DNA from: Ruditapes philippinarum
Lineage: Eukaryota
Direction of reading: 5' to 3'
DNA: 50,031 nucleotides
Assembly: GCF_026571515.1 (NCBI RefSeq)
Contig: NW_026852612.1
Coordinates: 124,001 to 174,031, forward strand
Shown: in pieces, positions 25,131 to 38,360 of the stretch
Position numbering within the stretch: the first letter of the stretch is position 1
Layout: every line of letters begins with the position of its first letter
Program-made: the position numbers and the translations under genes
The notes under the pieces: generated by a model
Databases searched by the model: none
What the model saw: the letters and a program-made list of their open reading frames with translations, nothing else
What the model was told of the DNA's origin: nothing

Positions 25131-26997
25131 TCAAAATCTGTTTTCAGCAAGACTTTCTTTAAGATTTCTGACTAAACTGCTCGTTTCTTTCTCTTCGATT
25201 TGTGTCAGGGATTCTTTGTGAGATACTGCTTTCCTCAGAATTGGTTTGCCCGTGCTTTCTTGCCTTTCGAGATCGCCAGTTCCTCTGGTCAGATTATAGT
25301 ACTGTTTAGCGCTGCACTTTGGTGTGGGACAAGGAACTACATCATCAAACAGTTTGAAATTTGCTCTCCACTTTCCATGCTCGTGATCGAATTCTACAAT
25401 GTTCTCAAATCTATAACCCCAGATAATGTCTTTAGATGTGTACGAAGTTCTCGCCTGACAAATTTCACCGGTAGATTCAATTGTTCCTTCTAGTATAACT
25501 ACAATCTCGAAATTGTTGCCATTCAAAATGTCTTCTGGTTTCATGTTAAATAAAGGACTGTCTTCATTTATTTTATGGCTGAGTACAAGCGGCCATATTA
25601 GGAAAACCCTATCGTCCATACCATGAGCCTGGAAGTCCATGTGATGCTGAAACAATGGATAATGCACACCTTCTGCTGAAACTTTGTCTTTGATGAATAT
25701 ACCATAAACTCTCGTGTCAACGAGATGTGACTTTCTCAAGTCTCCTAGGCGCACGTGAAGTACCATTTCACCTTCTTCCTTGACGATGGTTGCTACGCTG
25801 CTGTAAACAAGGGTCTTCCTACGGTTCTTTGGGCGGGCAAACTTGACAAGCATAAAACCGAGAAGGATTGTTTCGAGTAGAAAACCAAGGGTGACTTGCA
25901 GATATACTAACGGAAGAACTCCCATACATTCGGCATCCGGCCACACAGTTCCAAATCCTATCGTAGTTTGAGTCTCGATAGAAAAGAGGACTGCGTCTGC
26001 GAAGTTCCTCATGTTATGAATACATGGGTAATAGCCTTTCTCACCGTAATGCGCGAAATCTCCATGCGAATATGCAATAACGTACCACAAAATTGCAAAC
26101 AGTAGGTAACTCAGCATAAAGAGGGCAGCGTAAACGACCAAAACATATCTCCATTTCATGTCAATTAAACTCTGGTACATATCCATGAAGAATCGTTTGC
26201 TTCTTTGGCCCATACCTGAAACAATATTAGAAAATAATATTTGTAAATATTCGTTTGTTTATACAATTCTTTACACGTACAGTTTGATATATTAAATAGT
26301 TTTAGTTTATTTTATTACCTTGTAGCTGTTAGTCTTAAAATGTCAAATTTTTGTCTGTCTTTAGATCACTATGATTTTTTTAAATTTATTTTAAACATAT
26401 TTATTTAAGTTTTATTCTGAATCAAGTTTTTGCAACTCTATTTATTATTTCGGAACCTTTTTTGCAGTATTGATGTAGTATGAGTCCTGACCCAAGTTGG
26501 AATCGAATCTATGTTTATTAAGTTCAGAGGCAAATACTATAACCACTAGATAAACTTTCCATCGAAAGGGAAATTGATAATTTAATTCTAATAAACTTAT
26601 TAACATAAGACATTGTGCTTAGAATTAAACAGGCTGATCACAAATTAAGATTTAACAAGAATAACTTGAAAATATAAAAACGTAGAGTTGGAAAACTATA
26701 GTACACTGTAACAGTACTGTACGCACATTATTTTAGATCTGGATTTACAGCATGAGGATGAGTAAAATAGTAGATTTTAGAGTATAGAGCCACATATTTA
26801 ATGCATTCTGCTACATTTCGACCATTCAACTTTGAAAAAGTAATAATAAGTGAATCTAACATACCTTTATATGCAATTCTGTACTGTCCACCTTTTCGGA
26901 CAAGGGCTGGACGCCCCATCTGATAGCCCCTGTGAATTTTTCCATCCTCCCCAATTTCAGGGAACTCGACCATTTGAAACGTATCTTGTGTTTTCAT
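25131..26997 (-). CDS. Inward-rectifier potassium channel (KirA), Kir7.1-like, GFG filter, about 405 aa
   Basis: Exons 26865-26997 (MKTQDTF..RKGGQYRIAYK) and 25131-26215, phase 1. Contains DMKWRY, M1, SIETQTTIGFG, paired extracellular Cys, M2, KFARPKNR, GDLRKSHL, HKINEDSPL, EIVVILEG, ARTSY, IIWGYRF. Confidence 0.95.
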
Positions 26998-29900
26998 CGT
27001 CTTTTTAAAAGTATTATCACAGATTTTGGAATTTAATAACTTCAAAGGTATAAGTCAAGGGAAAGTAATGTCTCCCTGTTTGTTTCCGACAAATATTAAA
27101 ACATCATGCTTTAACAATGTTTTTATCAAAATATGATATTATTATCAAAATGAACAAGTTACTCGTTCCTTAGTTCAGTTTGAAATGAATGAAATTTTAA
27201 TTTTCCTGAAGTTAAATTAGAGGATAGGGGTATAAATACTCTGAAATTCAAGGGCCATTAATCTTGCATTTGATATATTGACATGTTTGATCTACGTCGA
27301 ATTTGTAGCTCTGTCAACTGTTTCATGTTCGAGGGACAACAAAAAAACTTGAATCAATCACTGGCAAATGTTGATAATTGTCAGCAAATAAGAATGTAAT
27401 AATGATGAAACTGTCAGGTATTGTTGTACCTATCAATCACGTGGACTCCTCGCGACACATTTCGCGCTGTTATACACTAACGCATACAAGACACACAGCA
27501 TACCGTCACAATACGACATGCATGAAAAGTGAAACAATTGACAAGCATAATGTTCTTTAATGATTACTTAACACGTTTGCAAATATTTTAAGCCCCGGAG
27601 ACAAAAGTTAAAAAATACAAATCTGTTGAAAAAAAAAGTCTGATGACTTTGACATGAGTCATGTAAACTTATGGCAGACAGCAACATTTCTGTTATCAGG
27701 TGTTCAATCTCCCGTATATGTATATACAAAGTGATAGATATGCTTTGATAAAAAAGTCATGTTTTTAACTGTAAAATACTGGCTTACACATTTATCATGC
27801 CGCAGTTTGAAAATTATATGATATAGATATGTAATCGGTTATTATTATGAAACTGTAATGTTTTTTCCAGCCTTTTCATCCTCGATATGGAATTGAATTT
27901 GTATTTTAACATCATAATGTGTATAGCTCCATGCCGTTCCAAACTGACAAAATTTCCTCTCTAGAATACAATCAAAAAGATCTGGAAATAAAGGGCCTAA
28001 ACTGTTTAAGCACCTATCTATTTTACATATGCATGCAGTAATAGCATTTTAAGCTTTTAACAATGATCACATTTGTATAGATCTGTATCTACACTGTATA
28101 GCATTTAAAATGTATTGTTTAAACATAGAAAAGATCTCATTTCTATTTATTTACTTCTTGGGAAAAATTGAAATATCATTACAAAACAATTGTATACAGT
28201 GTATAAAAATTATCTGATTTCTTTATTGTGGTTTGTTGTTTAAAAATATACGAAAACCAGTATTTAAGGTTCGTATTATAAGATCGGAGATTACACAAAA
28301 TATACAACAAATGTTCTATTTCATTTTTGCTATTTTATGCGCTATGTACGTGAGGCGAATTGCTGTGTTTTTGCTTGTTTTCACCAAAATAATGTGTGTG
28401 ATGATTTGTGATTGATAACCTTACAATCTGGACACTTTTGTGAACGAAATATCTAAAAAAAAATTTAATCAGAGATTTATAACTTTACAGACTGTTTTTA
28501 TTCAACTGAAACGTAACTATTGCATATATTCCTGGCCTTCCAACATTAAAGCATAATAAAAGATGTTTCAGCTGTAAAAAATGCCCTGTTCTTCACTTCA
28601 GTGTTTTATTTTTTTTCCTAGTCATTCGTGATCATTGATTCCAGCACATTTAGTGTTGAAAATTGAATACTGCTTATACCGGTGCTAGAGAGCATGGTGT
28701 TGTACATTTTCATTATCTCTCATAAAAAGCCGAATCTTCAATTTTTCATGTAAATGTTGTTGTTTTTATTGCCTGCGACGGATTTTCCAATTTCAGATTT
28801 CCATCTCTATGAATACATCATGAATGGTATTCTTAACGTTTGACATTTGTAACATCTTATTCAATCATGAAAAACTAATTTTACAAAGTCTATGCATGTT
28901 TCTATAGAAAGATCTTAATGAATGCAAATAGTATTTTCTTTCTGTGTAAATACATATTTGCTTTATAAATTTACTTGAATTTTTGAAAAGTTTTATTTTC
29001 TAATTTATTCTGGTTATATTATATCACCCTCTCGAATGTTTTATTCGTACGCGTTGAAAGATTATATATGCACTACGGTATTGTTTGATAAATCATTTTC
29101 GCTGATTATATTTGTATGCTAAGTTACCAAATATATGGAATAAAGTTATATTATGTATACTTAATGAGATTATATTTCTTTGTGCGAATATTTAGTAAGG
29201 TAAATTATAAATACATAAATATAGTTTCTATTTCTTTGTACGAATATTTAGTAAAATAAAATAGGGGATACATTTATAACGTTTATACTTGGGTTTAAAA
29301 AATCTGGTTCAAATTTGAGACACAGTGGCTTATAAGCAGTCCAACATTAAAAGATGAAATTTCCTGTAACAAACATAACAAACAAAGTCTATCTGCAATT
29401 TTCATAAAATGGAGTAAAAATACATAAAAACAAGTACTTTAAATAAAGCAAGAAAACTTTGCTTAAGTTTCTTATTCTGCAGTTGATATACCTAGGCCAT
29501 TAAGAACTTATTTTTACATAAAAAAAAAGAAGAAAAAAAAAATTCTCATTTTCGGAGGATTTATCTATCAACTCTAATTGAGTTGAAGATCTTGTTTTTC
29601 TGTTGGGCTTACATTGTTTTTTATAGCTAGATTAAGGAATTAAAATTTTGTGTCGTAGACAACAAACTTCAGGTTTATATGAATTGAGCTATTGAAATAT
29701 ATTCATTTGTTACCTATTTTGACATCTACTCGCGCTCTGTAACTTGCAAACCAGCCATATACATGTACACGTCTTTTCGGTTGGAATTTGTTTTCAAAAC
29801 AGAGGTTCATTACAATTTTGTTCACGTCGCGTACAGCTTTATGGTCCCTTTTGAATGGCTGTGGTCGCCGTTCTTTGTGCATCTTATTTTATTATCATTA

Positions 29901-31286
29901 TATATTTCGAAGACTTTTTATTCATCATCATGCAATAGATAAGAAAATATGCAGCAAAAACAAATTTACTTTAGAATCGCAGACCAAGGCGTTTGATACT
30001 GCTGCGAAATTATTATAGATTGTCCATTGATTCATTGTCGTTTTTACATTACAAATGGTATTTTTCTTCTTTATCTTCATTTGTAAATTATAATGGACAT
30101 TTCTCATTGTTCTGAATGTCCGTTTTCTGCTGCATATTCCGCTCAAATAAAAAAAACATTTGCTGTAAATGTATAGACTTTCAAAGCATAAGTATTACAT
30201 CTTAAAAACACATTTCTAACCAAATTTTACGTGTAGAGTCATTTCTTAAATCATATTGTATAGTGTGTACTGGATATTATTTTAGTTGGGTTGATATTAA
30301 GAGTTTTATTTGAAGATTAAATATCTTTATTTTGTGCAAGATTTCTCGGCATGAAAAGATTTCATTTTGCCTCAGATAAGCAACTTTCAGCATATAGTAT
30401 ATTTTTAACTGTAATTATAAAAATGATATGGATTGAAAACAAATGATAAATATAACAAAATATTAATCAATATCATAATTTATATCTATTTGTCAGACTG
30501 ATTTCTGAAGCATGTGGAAGTGAATTCTAATTTACTTCGTCCTGCAACTACATGTACCATAGTATAATCTTGTACAAGTTTGGTACTTTCATTAATAATT
30601 ATATTAATCAAGCATTATCAGGCAATGCCTTGGAGTTTGATATGAATAGAATAAAATAGTAACTATTATGGTTTTCCCTAACAATTATCATGTGTGTTTC
30701 GCGATAAATCACTGTTTCCTGCACATCGCATACTCTTTTCAGATTTACAGACCAAATACTAAAAAAACATGGTCTAATTTTTTGTCATTTATATTTGTAC
30801 ATATATGGATAACTGATATTGTTTTATCATACTCAAGTATATGTCGTTTGAAGATTATATACATGTATACTATACTGTCCAGATGTCACATCAATTTTTG
30901 CGATCTATTAATCAAGTGCCCGAGTTTGCTTCCTGGAACTAATCAGTACTGGAATTATTCAAAGAAATATAGTCTTGACCAGAGAAAGGTTTCAACCAAC
31001 AATCCCTGGGTTAAGCGGCGGACACCTTTATAAGTCCGTCACAGCTCTTTAAAGGAACTCCATTGAGGCCTTAAAGCCTGAAAAATCAAATTTCTTACAT
31101 AGAGTACATGAGGCCAGACATTATTTTCCTTTCTTTTGTTTTTATTATGTACTTTTCAAATGTTGATGACAATAAAATAAATCTAAACCAGTATGAAAGC
31201 AACATGATTCGTTTACATTTATATTAAATGCATGACTTACACATATATTGCTACTTATATCGATTTAGTGTATTAAAATAAAATTA

Positions 31287-34200
31287 CAGGCTTTCCAGCA
31301 GCATATACCAAAATGTAGGAAAAGGGTAGGAGTGGGTGTAAAAAGTAGGAAAAAGTAGGAGTTTTTTTTTGTTGAAGAAATAGGAACTCTTAAACACGCT
31401 TAATGATATATGAATTTTCTATTTTAAAATGTAAAATTATATAAGAAAAATAATAACATATTTCAACATGTTTCTAATAGCCTACTGGTATTTCCACATT
31501 TATGCAGTGCTATGGAAACAGTCTTTACTTGTCCACTATTTGATTTTATACTTCAAGGCATGTTTTTTGGATTACTTAGCTGCAAGGTGGTTTTGCTGTC
31601 ACTCATTAGACTGTTAGGCACAGATCAACCTGATTTTTTTTATTTAAGGAATGAACACAACAACAAAAATACAATACACAACAGTAAATACTATTAATTT
31701 AAATCTTTCAACAAAAAAATGACAACAATGTACATGTATTAGAAAAATGTCAATAAATAATGAAAATCTGACTGAATAGGAAATTCCATCTGAAATATAA
31801 CTTTCCTAAAATGAAAAACATATATTATGGGTTATCATGATTTCTAAGGAACTTAAATGAGGATTTTAACAAACATATATCATTATGATACAAGAGGAAG
31901 CTTCTACTAAGGAATACTTATATATTTCTCAGTAAACCACTAGAAAAGCTCAACATTAATGCATACACACAGAACCATCACCATGTATACATACAGAACC
32001 ATTATCATGTATACATACAGAACCATTACCGTGCATACATACAGGACCATTACCATGCATACATACAGAACCATTACCATGCATAAATACAGAATCATTA
32101 CCATGCAGAACCATCACCATGAATACATACAGAACCATCACCATGCATACATACAGAACCATTACCATGCATACATGCAGAACAATTACCATGCATACAT
32201 GCAGAACCATCACCATGCATACATACAGAATCATCATCATGCAGAACCATTACCATGCATATATACAGAACCATAACCATGCATACATACAGAACCATCA
32301 CCATGCATGCATGCAGAACCATTACCATGCACACAGAACCATCACCATGCATACATGCAGAACCATCACCATGCATACATATAGAACCATCACCATGCAT
32401 ACATACAGAACCATCACCATGCATACAGAAACATCACCATCTTTACCATAAAAGAAACAACACCATGCATACATACAGAACAATAACTATGCATACATGC
32501 AGAACCATCGCCATGCATGCATACCAGAACCATCACCATGCATACATGCAGAACCATCACCATGCATACATACAGAACCATCACCATGCATGCAGAACCA
32601 TTACCATGCATACAGAACCATCACCATGCATACATGCAGAACCATTACCATGCATACATGCAGAACAATTAACATGAATACATGCAGAACCATCACCATG
32701 CATACATACAGAACCATTACCATGCATGCAGAATCATCACCATGCATACATAGAGAACCATCACCATGCATACATACAGAACCATCACCATGCATGCAGA
32801 ACCATTACCATGCATACAGAACCATCACCATGCATTCATGCAGAACCATTACCATGCATACATGCAGAACAATTAACATGCATACATGCAGAACCATCAC
32901 CATGCATACATACAGTACCATCACCATGCATGCAGAACCATTACCATGCATACAGAACCATCACCATGCTTACATACAGAACCATCACCATGCATGCAGA
33001 ACCATTACCATGCACACAGAACCATCACCATGCATACATGCAGAACCATCATCATGCATACATATAGAACCATCACCATGCATACATACAGGAACCATCA
33101 CCATGCATACAGACCCATCACCATCTTTACATAAAGAAACAACACCATGCATACATACAGAACAATAACCATGCATACATGCAGAACCATGCATGCATAC
33201 GGAACCATTAACATGCATACATGGAGAACCATTAACATGCATACATGCAGAACCATCACCATGCACATATGCAGAACCATTACCATGCATACAGAACCAT
33301 CACCATGCATACATACAAAACCATCACCACCCATACATATAGAACCATCACTATGCATACATGCAGAACCATGCATGCATACGGAACCATTAACATGCAT
33401 ACCTGGAGAACAATTAACATGCATACATGCAGAACCATCACCATGCACATATGCAGAACCATCACCATGCATACATACAAAACCATCACCACCCATACAT
33501 ATAGAACCATCACCATGCATACACACAGAACAATCACCATGCATACACACAGAACCAATCACAATGCATACATACAAAACCATCATCATGCATACATACA
33601 GAACCATCACCATGCAAACAGAACCATCACCATCAATACATAAAGAAACAACACCATGCATACATACAGAACAATAACCATGCATACATGCAAAACCATC
33701 ACCATGCATGCATCCAGAACCAAACCATTACCATGTACACTAACAGAACCATTACCATGCATACATGCAGAACCATTACCATGCATACATGCAGAACCAT
33801 CACCATGCACACAAACAGAATCATTACCATGCATTCATACAGAACCATTACCATGTACACTTACAGAACCATTACCATGTATACATACAGAACCATCACC
33901 ATGCATACATGCAGAACCATTATCATGTATACATACAGAACCATCACCATGCATACATGCAGAACCATCACCATGCATACATACAGAACCATTACCATGC
34001 ATACATACAGAACCATTACCATGCATACATACAGAACCATTACCATGCATACATACAGAACCATTACCATGCATACATACAGAACCATCACCATGCATAC
34101 ATGCAGAACCATCACCATGCATACATACAAAACCATTACCATGCACACTCAAAGGACCATCACCATGCATACATGCAGAACCATCACCATGCATACAGAA

Positions 34201-36639
34201 CCATTACCATATATACATATAGAACCATCACCATGCATACATACAAATCCATCACCATGCATACAGAACCATCACTATCTATACATATCGAACCAACACC
34301 ATGCATACAAACAGAACATTCACCATGCATACATACAGAACCATTACCATGCATACATACAGAACCATTACCATGTATAGATACAGAACCATGACCATGC
34401 ATACATACAGAACCATCACCATGCATACATACAGAACCATCACCATGCATACATACAGAACCATTACCATGCATACATACAGAACCATTACCATGCATAC
34501 ATACAGAACCATTACCATGCATACATGCAGAACCATCACCATCCATACATACAGAACCATTACCATGCATACATACAGAACCATCACCATGCATACATGC
34601 AGAACCATCACCATGCATACATACAAAACCATTACCATGCACACTCAAAGGACCATCACCATGCATACATGCAGAACCATCACCATGCATACAGAACCAT
34701 TACCATATATACATATAGAACCATCACCATGCATACATACAAATCCATCACCATGCATACAGAACCATCACTATCTATACATATCGAACCAACACCATGC
34801 ATACAAACAGAACATTCACCATGGATACATACAGAACCATTACCATGCATACATACAGAACCATCACCATGCATACACACAGAACCATCACCATCCATAC
34901 AAATAGAACCATCACCATGCATACAAACAGAACCATCACCATGCATACAAACAGAACCATCACCATGCATACATACAAAACCATCACCATGCATACAAAC
35001 AGAACCATCACCATGCATACATACAAAACCATCACCACTCATACAAACAGAACCATCGCCATGCATAAATACAAAACCATCACCACCCACACATATAGAA
35101 CCATCACCATGCATACACACAGAACCATCACCATGCATACACACAGAACCCATCACCGTGCATACACACAGAACCATCACCATGCATACATATAGAACCA
35201 TCCCCATGCACACACACATAACCACCACCATCCATAAATTGAGAACCATCACCATGCATACATACAGAACCATGACCATGGATACATACAGAACCATCAC
35301 CATCCATACATATAGAACCATCACCATGCATACATGCAGAATCATCACCATGCATAGATACAAAACCATAACCATGCACACACATATAACCACCACCATC
35401 CATAAATTTAGAACCATCACCATGCATATACACAGAACCCATCACCATGCATACACACAGAACCATCACCATGCATACATATAGAAACATCACCATGAAT
35501 ACATGCTGAACCATCACCATGCATACATTCAGAACCATCACCATGCATACATGCAAAACCATCACCATGCATAAATACAAAACCATCACCATGCACACAC
35601 ACATAACCACCACCATCCATAAATTTAGAACCATCACCATGCATACATACAGAACCATGACCATGTATACATACAGAACCATTACCATCCATACACACAG
35701 AACCATCACCATGCATACATATAGAACCATCACCATGCATACACACAGAACCATCACTATCATACATATAGAGCTATCACCATGCATACATGCAGAACCA
35801 TCACCATGCATAGATACAAAACCATAACCATGCACACACACATAACCACCACCATTTATAAATTTAGAACCATCACCATGCATACATGCAGAACCATATC
35901 CATGCATACATACAGAACCATGACCATGCATACATACAGAACCATTACCATCCATACACACAGAACCATCACCATGCATACAAACAGAACCATCACCATG
36001 CATACACAAAGAACCATTACCACTGTACAGATACATCTGTACGTGTCTATTTTTGTCCTGTTTTGCCTTACTTATGTAGGAATAAATGAAAATATCATTG
36101 TTATTCTGGTATGTTCCGTGAATTTTACAATTATATATTATGCTCAAATTTGATATATGAAAATATTTAAAAGAGCTACACAGTCCCTTTGTAAAGGTAA
36201 AACAAACATCTTTTGAGTATACATAGAGTATGTATTTAATATAACATTTTAAACCCACACACAACAGATGAACAAGTAGAATAATAAAAAAAACTGGCAG
36301 ATTACTTTACTAGTAATTGGGAATACACAGTTTCATATGTTGAGAATAAAGTTGAGAAGATTTTATATCAGACTGGATGTCTGAACTATGCACCAGTGTC
36401 AAGGGGCCATCAGAACATACATCTGTCAGCTAATACTCCTGCTACTATGTCTACTATGTCTGCAAGAGTATCTCAACATAAAGCATTTATAAACTAATAG
36501 ATGATATGTGACATAGTACCTACCCTGAGAACAAAAAAGTAGGAATAGTAGGAACCTTTTTTTAAAAAAAAGGATAAAGTAGGAGCCATTTCAAAAAAAG
36601 TAGGGAAAATTAGGAAAAGTAGGAACGCTGGAAAGCCTG
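31287..36639. mobile_element. Non-autonomous DNA transposon (hAT-like), 5.35 kb, carrying a minisatellite
   Basis: Perfect 13-bp TIRs CAGGCTTTCCAGC (31287-31299) and GCTGGAAAGCCTG (36627-36639). 6-bp direct repeat AAATTA on both flanks. Clusters of (aaa)gtagga motifs inside both ends. No transposase ORF. Confidence 0.85.
31958..36025. repeat. 24-bp minisatellite (ACCATGCATACATACAGAACCATC)n, about 4.1 kb
   Basis: Directly visible tandem unit with 20-bp variants lacking one CATA-type 4-mer. It accounts for the MHTYRTIT, QNHHHAYI, EPSPCIHT and MVMVLYVC ORFs in several frames. Confidence 0.97.
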
Positions 36640-38101
36640 AAATTATTTAACAGTATTCACCCTTTTCAGTTTAATTTGTCTTCGACGGAAATGCAAGAAC
36701 GATCATTCGAATTTCAAATGTACAATACATTGTATATAGACCAGTGTCCTGCATTTTTGAACAGCATTTCGTCGTGTGAGAGGAGCATTGCTTTATCTAC
36801 TTTTTATTCAAATGTTGCGTAAATCGAAATTGTTTTGTTCTATTTATTTTGTATGTTTCAAATCTTGCAAGGAAAAGAAATTCTTTTGTTTTATTTGTTT
36901 TGCATGTTCGTGTGTTTTGCTTTTGAGGTAGATCATATGATTTGTTTTTCTTCGATTTTTGTAATTATATACTACTTTATCTGCACTTTTAATCAATAGG
37001 ACATGAAGGGGAAGATAGAACACTGCAAACTTTTACATTACAGGTCTTTCTAGCATTTTAATTACTTGTAAGCAGCAATCACATGATGTCTTTTGGAAGC
37101 ATGATTGGTCAGAATGATATGAATATCTGTTAGTCATAAATAGTGTGAAGCAGGAGCGAAAGACATTCTAAGATAGATTAAACACAAATCGTGTATTAAT
37201 AAGTTACTTTATAATCAAACATCTTTTACAGACATTTTGTACTATAGTTTATTTTATTGTAACTTTCAATATCGCGTATCGCATAAATTTTATAAACGTG
37301 TTTTCTTAATGAGTAATTACATCTACATCTCTGATAAAACGTTCATTTTTGCGACTAAACACAATTAAGCCCTGATTCGTTATTATTTTACCAAATAAAA
37401 ATACATTTAAATATCTCAAACCTTAATTAATTTTCCGGCTCTGATACAAAACATATTAGTACCATACATGTATAGTAATCACGTAATTGTTAATTAATGG
37501 TCAATGTTTATAATGAAAAGGTGTAGCCATTAAATTCACAAAGCACCTTTATTGAGCTTTTAATACATCGCAATTGATAGAAAAACTATAAAAGTTTTCT
37601 GACAAAAAGGTGAAAATACAGAAAATTAAAACAAAAGATTGTTATCTTAATTGTTTGAAAAGCAATAAAAAATAAATAAATATATGTTAAGAAAAACCGT
37701 ATTATGTTTTATAATACATTTTCTTTGTATAGTGCAAGTGGATTGTTTCAAAATAGATGGGTATATTATACAGAACAATTACTTTACAGAAGTAACAATA
37801 GCTAATATAATCAGAAATCGATCTTCGGTGATCGATTTGTCAAAAAATAAAACTTTACAATTGTCGTCTGTTTCGAAAATTTTCTGTCGTCTGTCAAATT
37901 CGGTGTCGTATGTCACAAATGACGTGAGCTTGATTACTTTACAAATTTTACCGTTAATGATGATATTGACACATTCGATACACACATCAATTTAAAAAAA
38001 TATTGACTTTGAAAGTGATATATTTGACAAGCGTCTAATTCCAGATCTGGTGACATTGTCTTCAGGCGGCCAACCCCTTCTCTCTGCGCCAACCATTTCA
38101 A

Positions 38102-38147
38102 GTCACGTGACCCTTATAAATGAAAGACTTTTTCATGAATTATCATT
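38102..38147 (+). promoter_or_regulatory. Putative core promoter of KirB: palindromic E-box, TATA box and Inr
   Basis: GTCACGTGAC at 38102-38111, TATAAA at 38115-38120, TCATT at 38143-38147 (its A is 30 nt after the TATA start), then a donor AAG|gtgaat at 38184. Confidence 0.5.
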
Positions 38148-38360
38148 AAACTTTATTTCAGTATCTTCTGTTCACTTGAGAAGGTGAATAATAATAATAA
38201 TTATTATTAAAGTTAAATAAATTAAAAACATTTTTTTAAAAGAAATGAATTAAAAATTCGTGAAATATTGAGTGAACACAGGACTTTCTTCGTTTAAGAT
38301 TTAATTTAAATTTTCAATTTTCAACGATCGTAAAAACACTAGTTATCTTGGTAATTGAAG

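Noticed and set aside
26488-26552. tRNA-like sequence on the minus strand (A/B-box-like)
   Set aside because: No convincing cloverleaf; more likely a decayed SINE head.
25131-26997. Calling KirA a KATP (Kir6) subunit because of its GFG filter
   Set aside because: Post-filter, M2 and G-loop residues resemble Kir7.1 rather than Kir6, and no SUR/ABCC gene is adjacent in the window.
29788-30146. Short ORFs between the Kir genes
   Set aside because: No recognisable homology or consistent splice structure.
31956-36264. Dozens of His/Cys/Met-rich ORFs suggesting a metal-binding or shell-matrix protein, or a CRISPR-like array
   Set aside because: Overlapping frames on both strands are open because of the 24-bp unit; 20-bp variants shift the frame freely; there are no unique spacers; and the array lies inside a TIR element.
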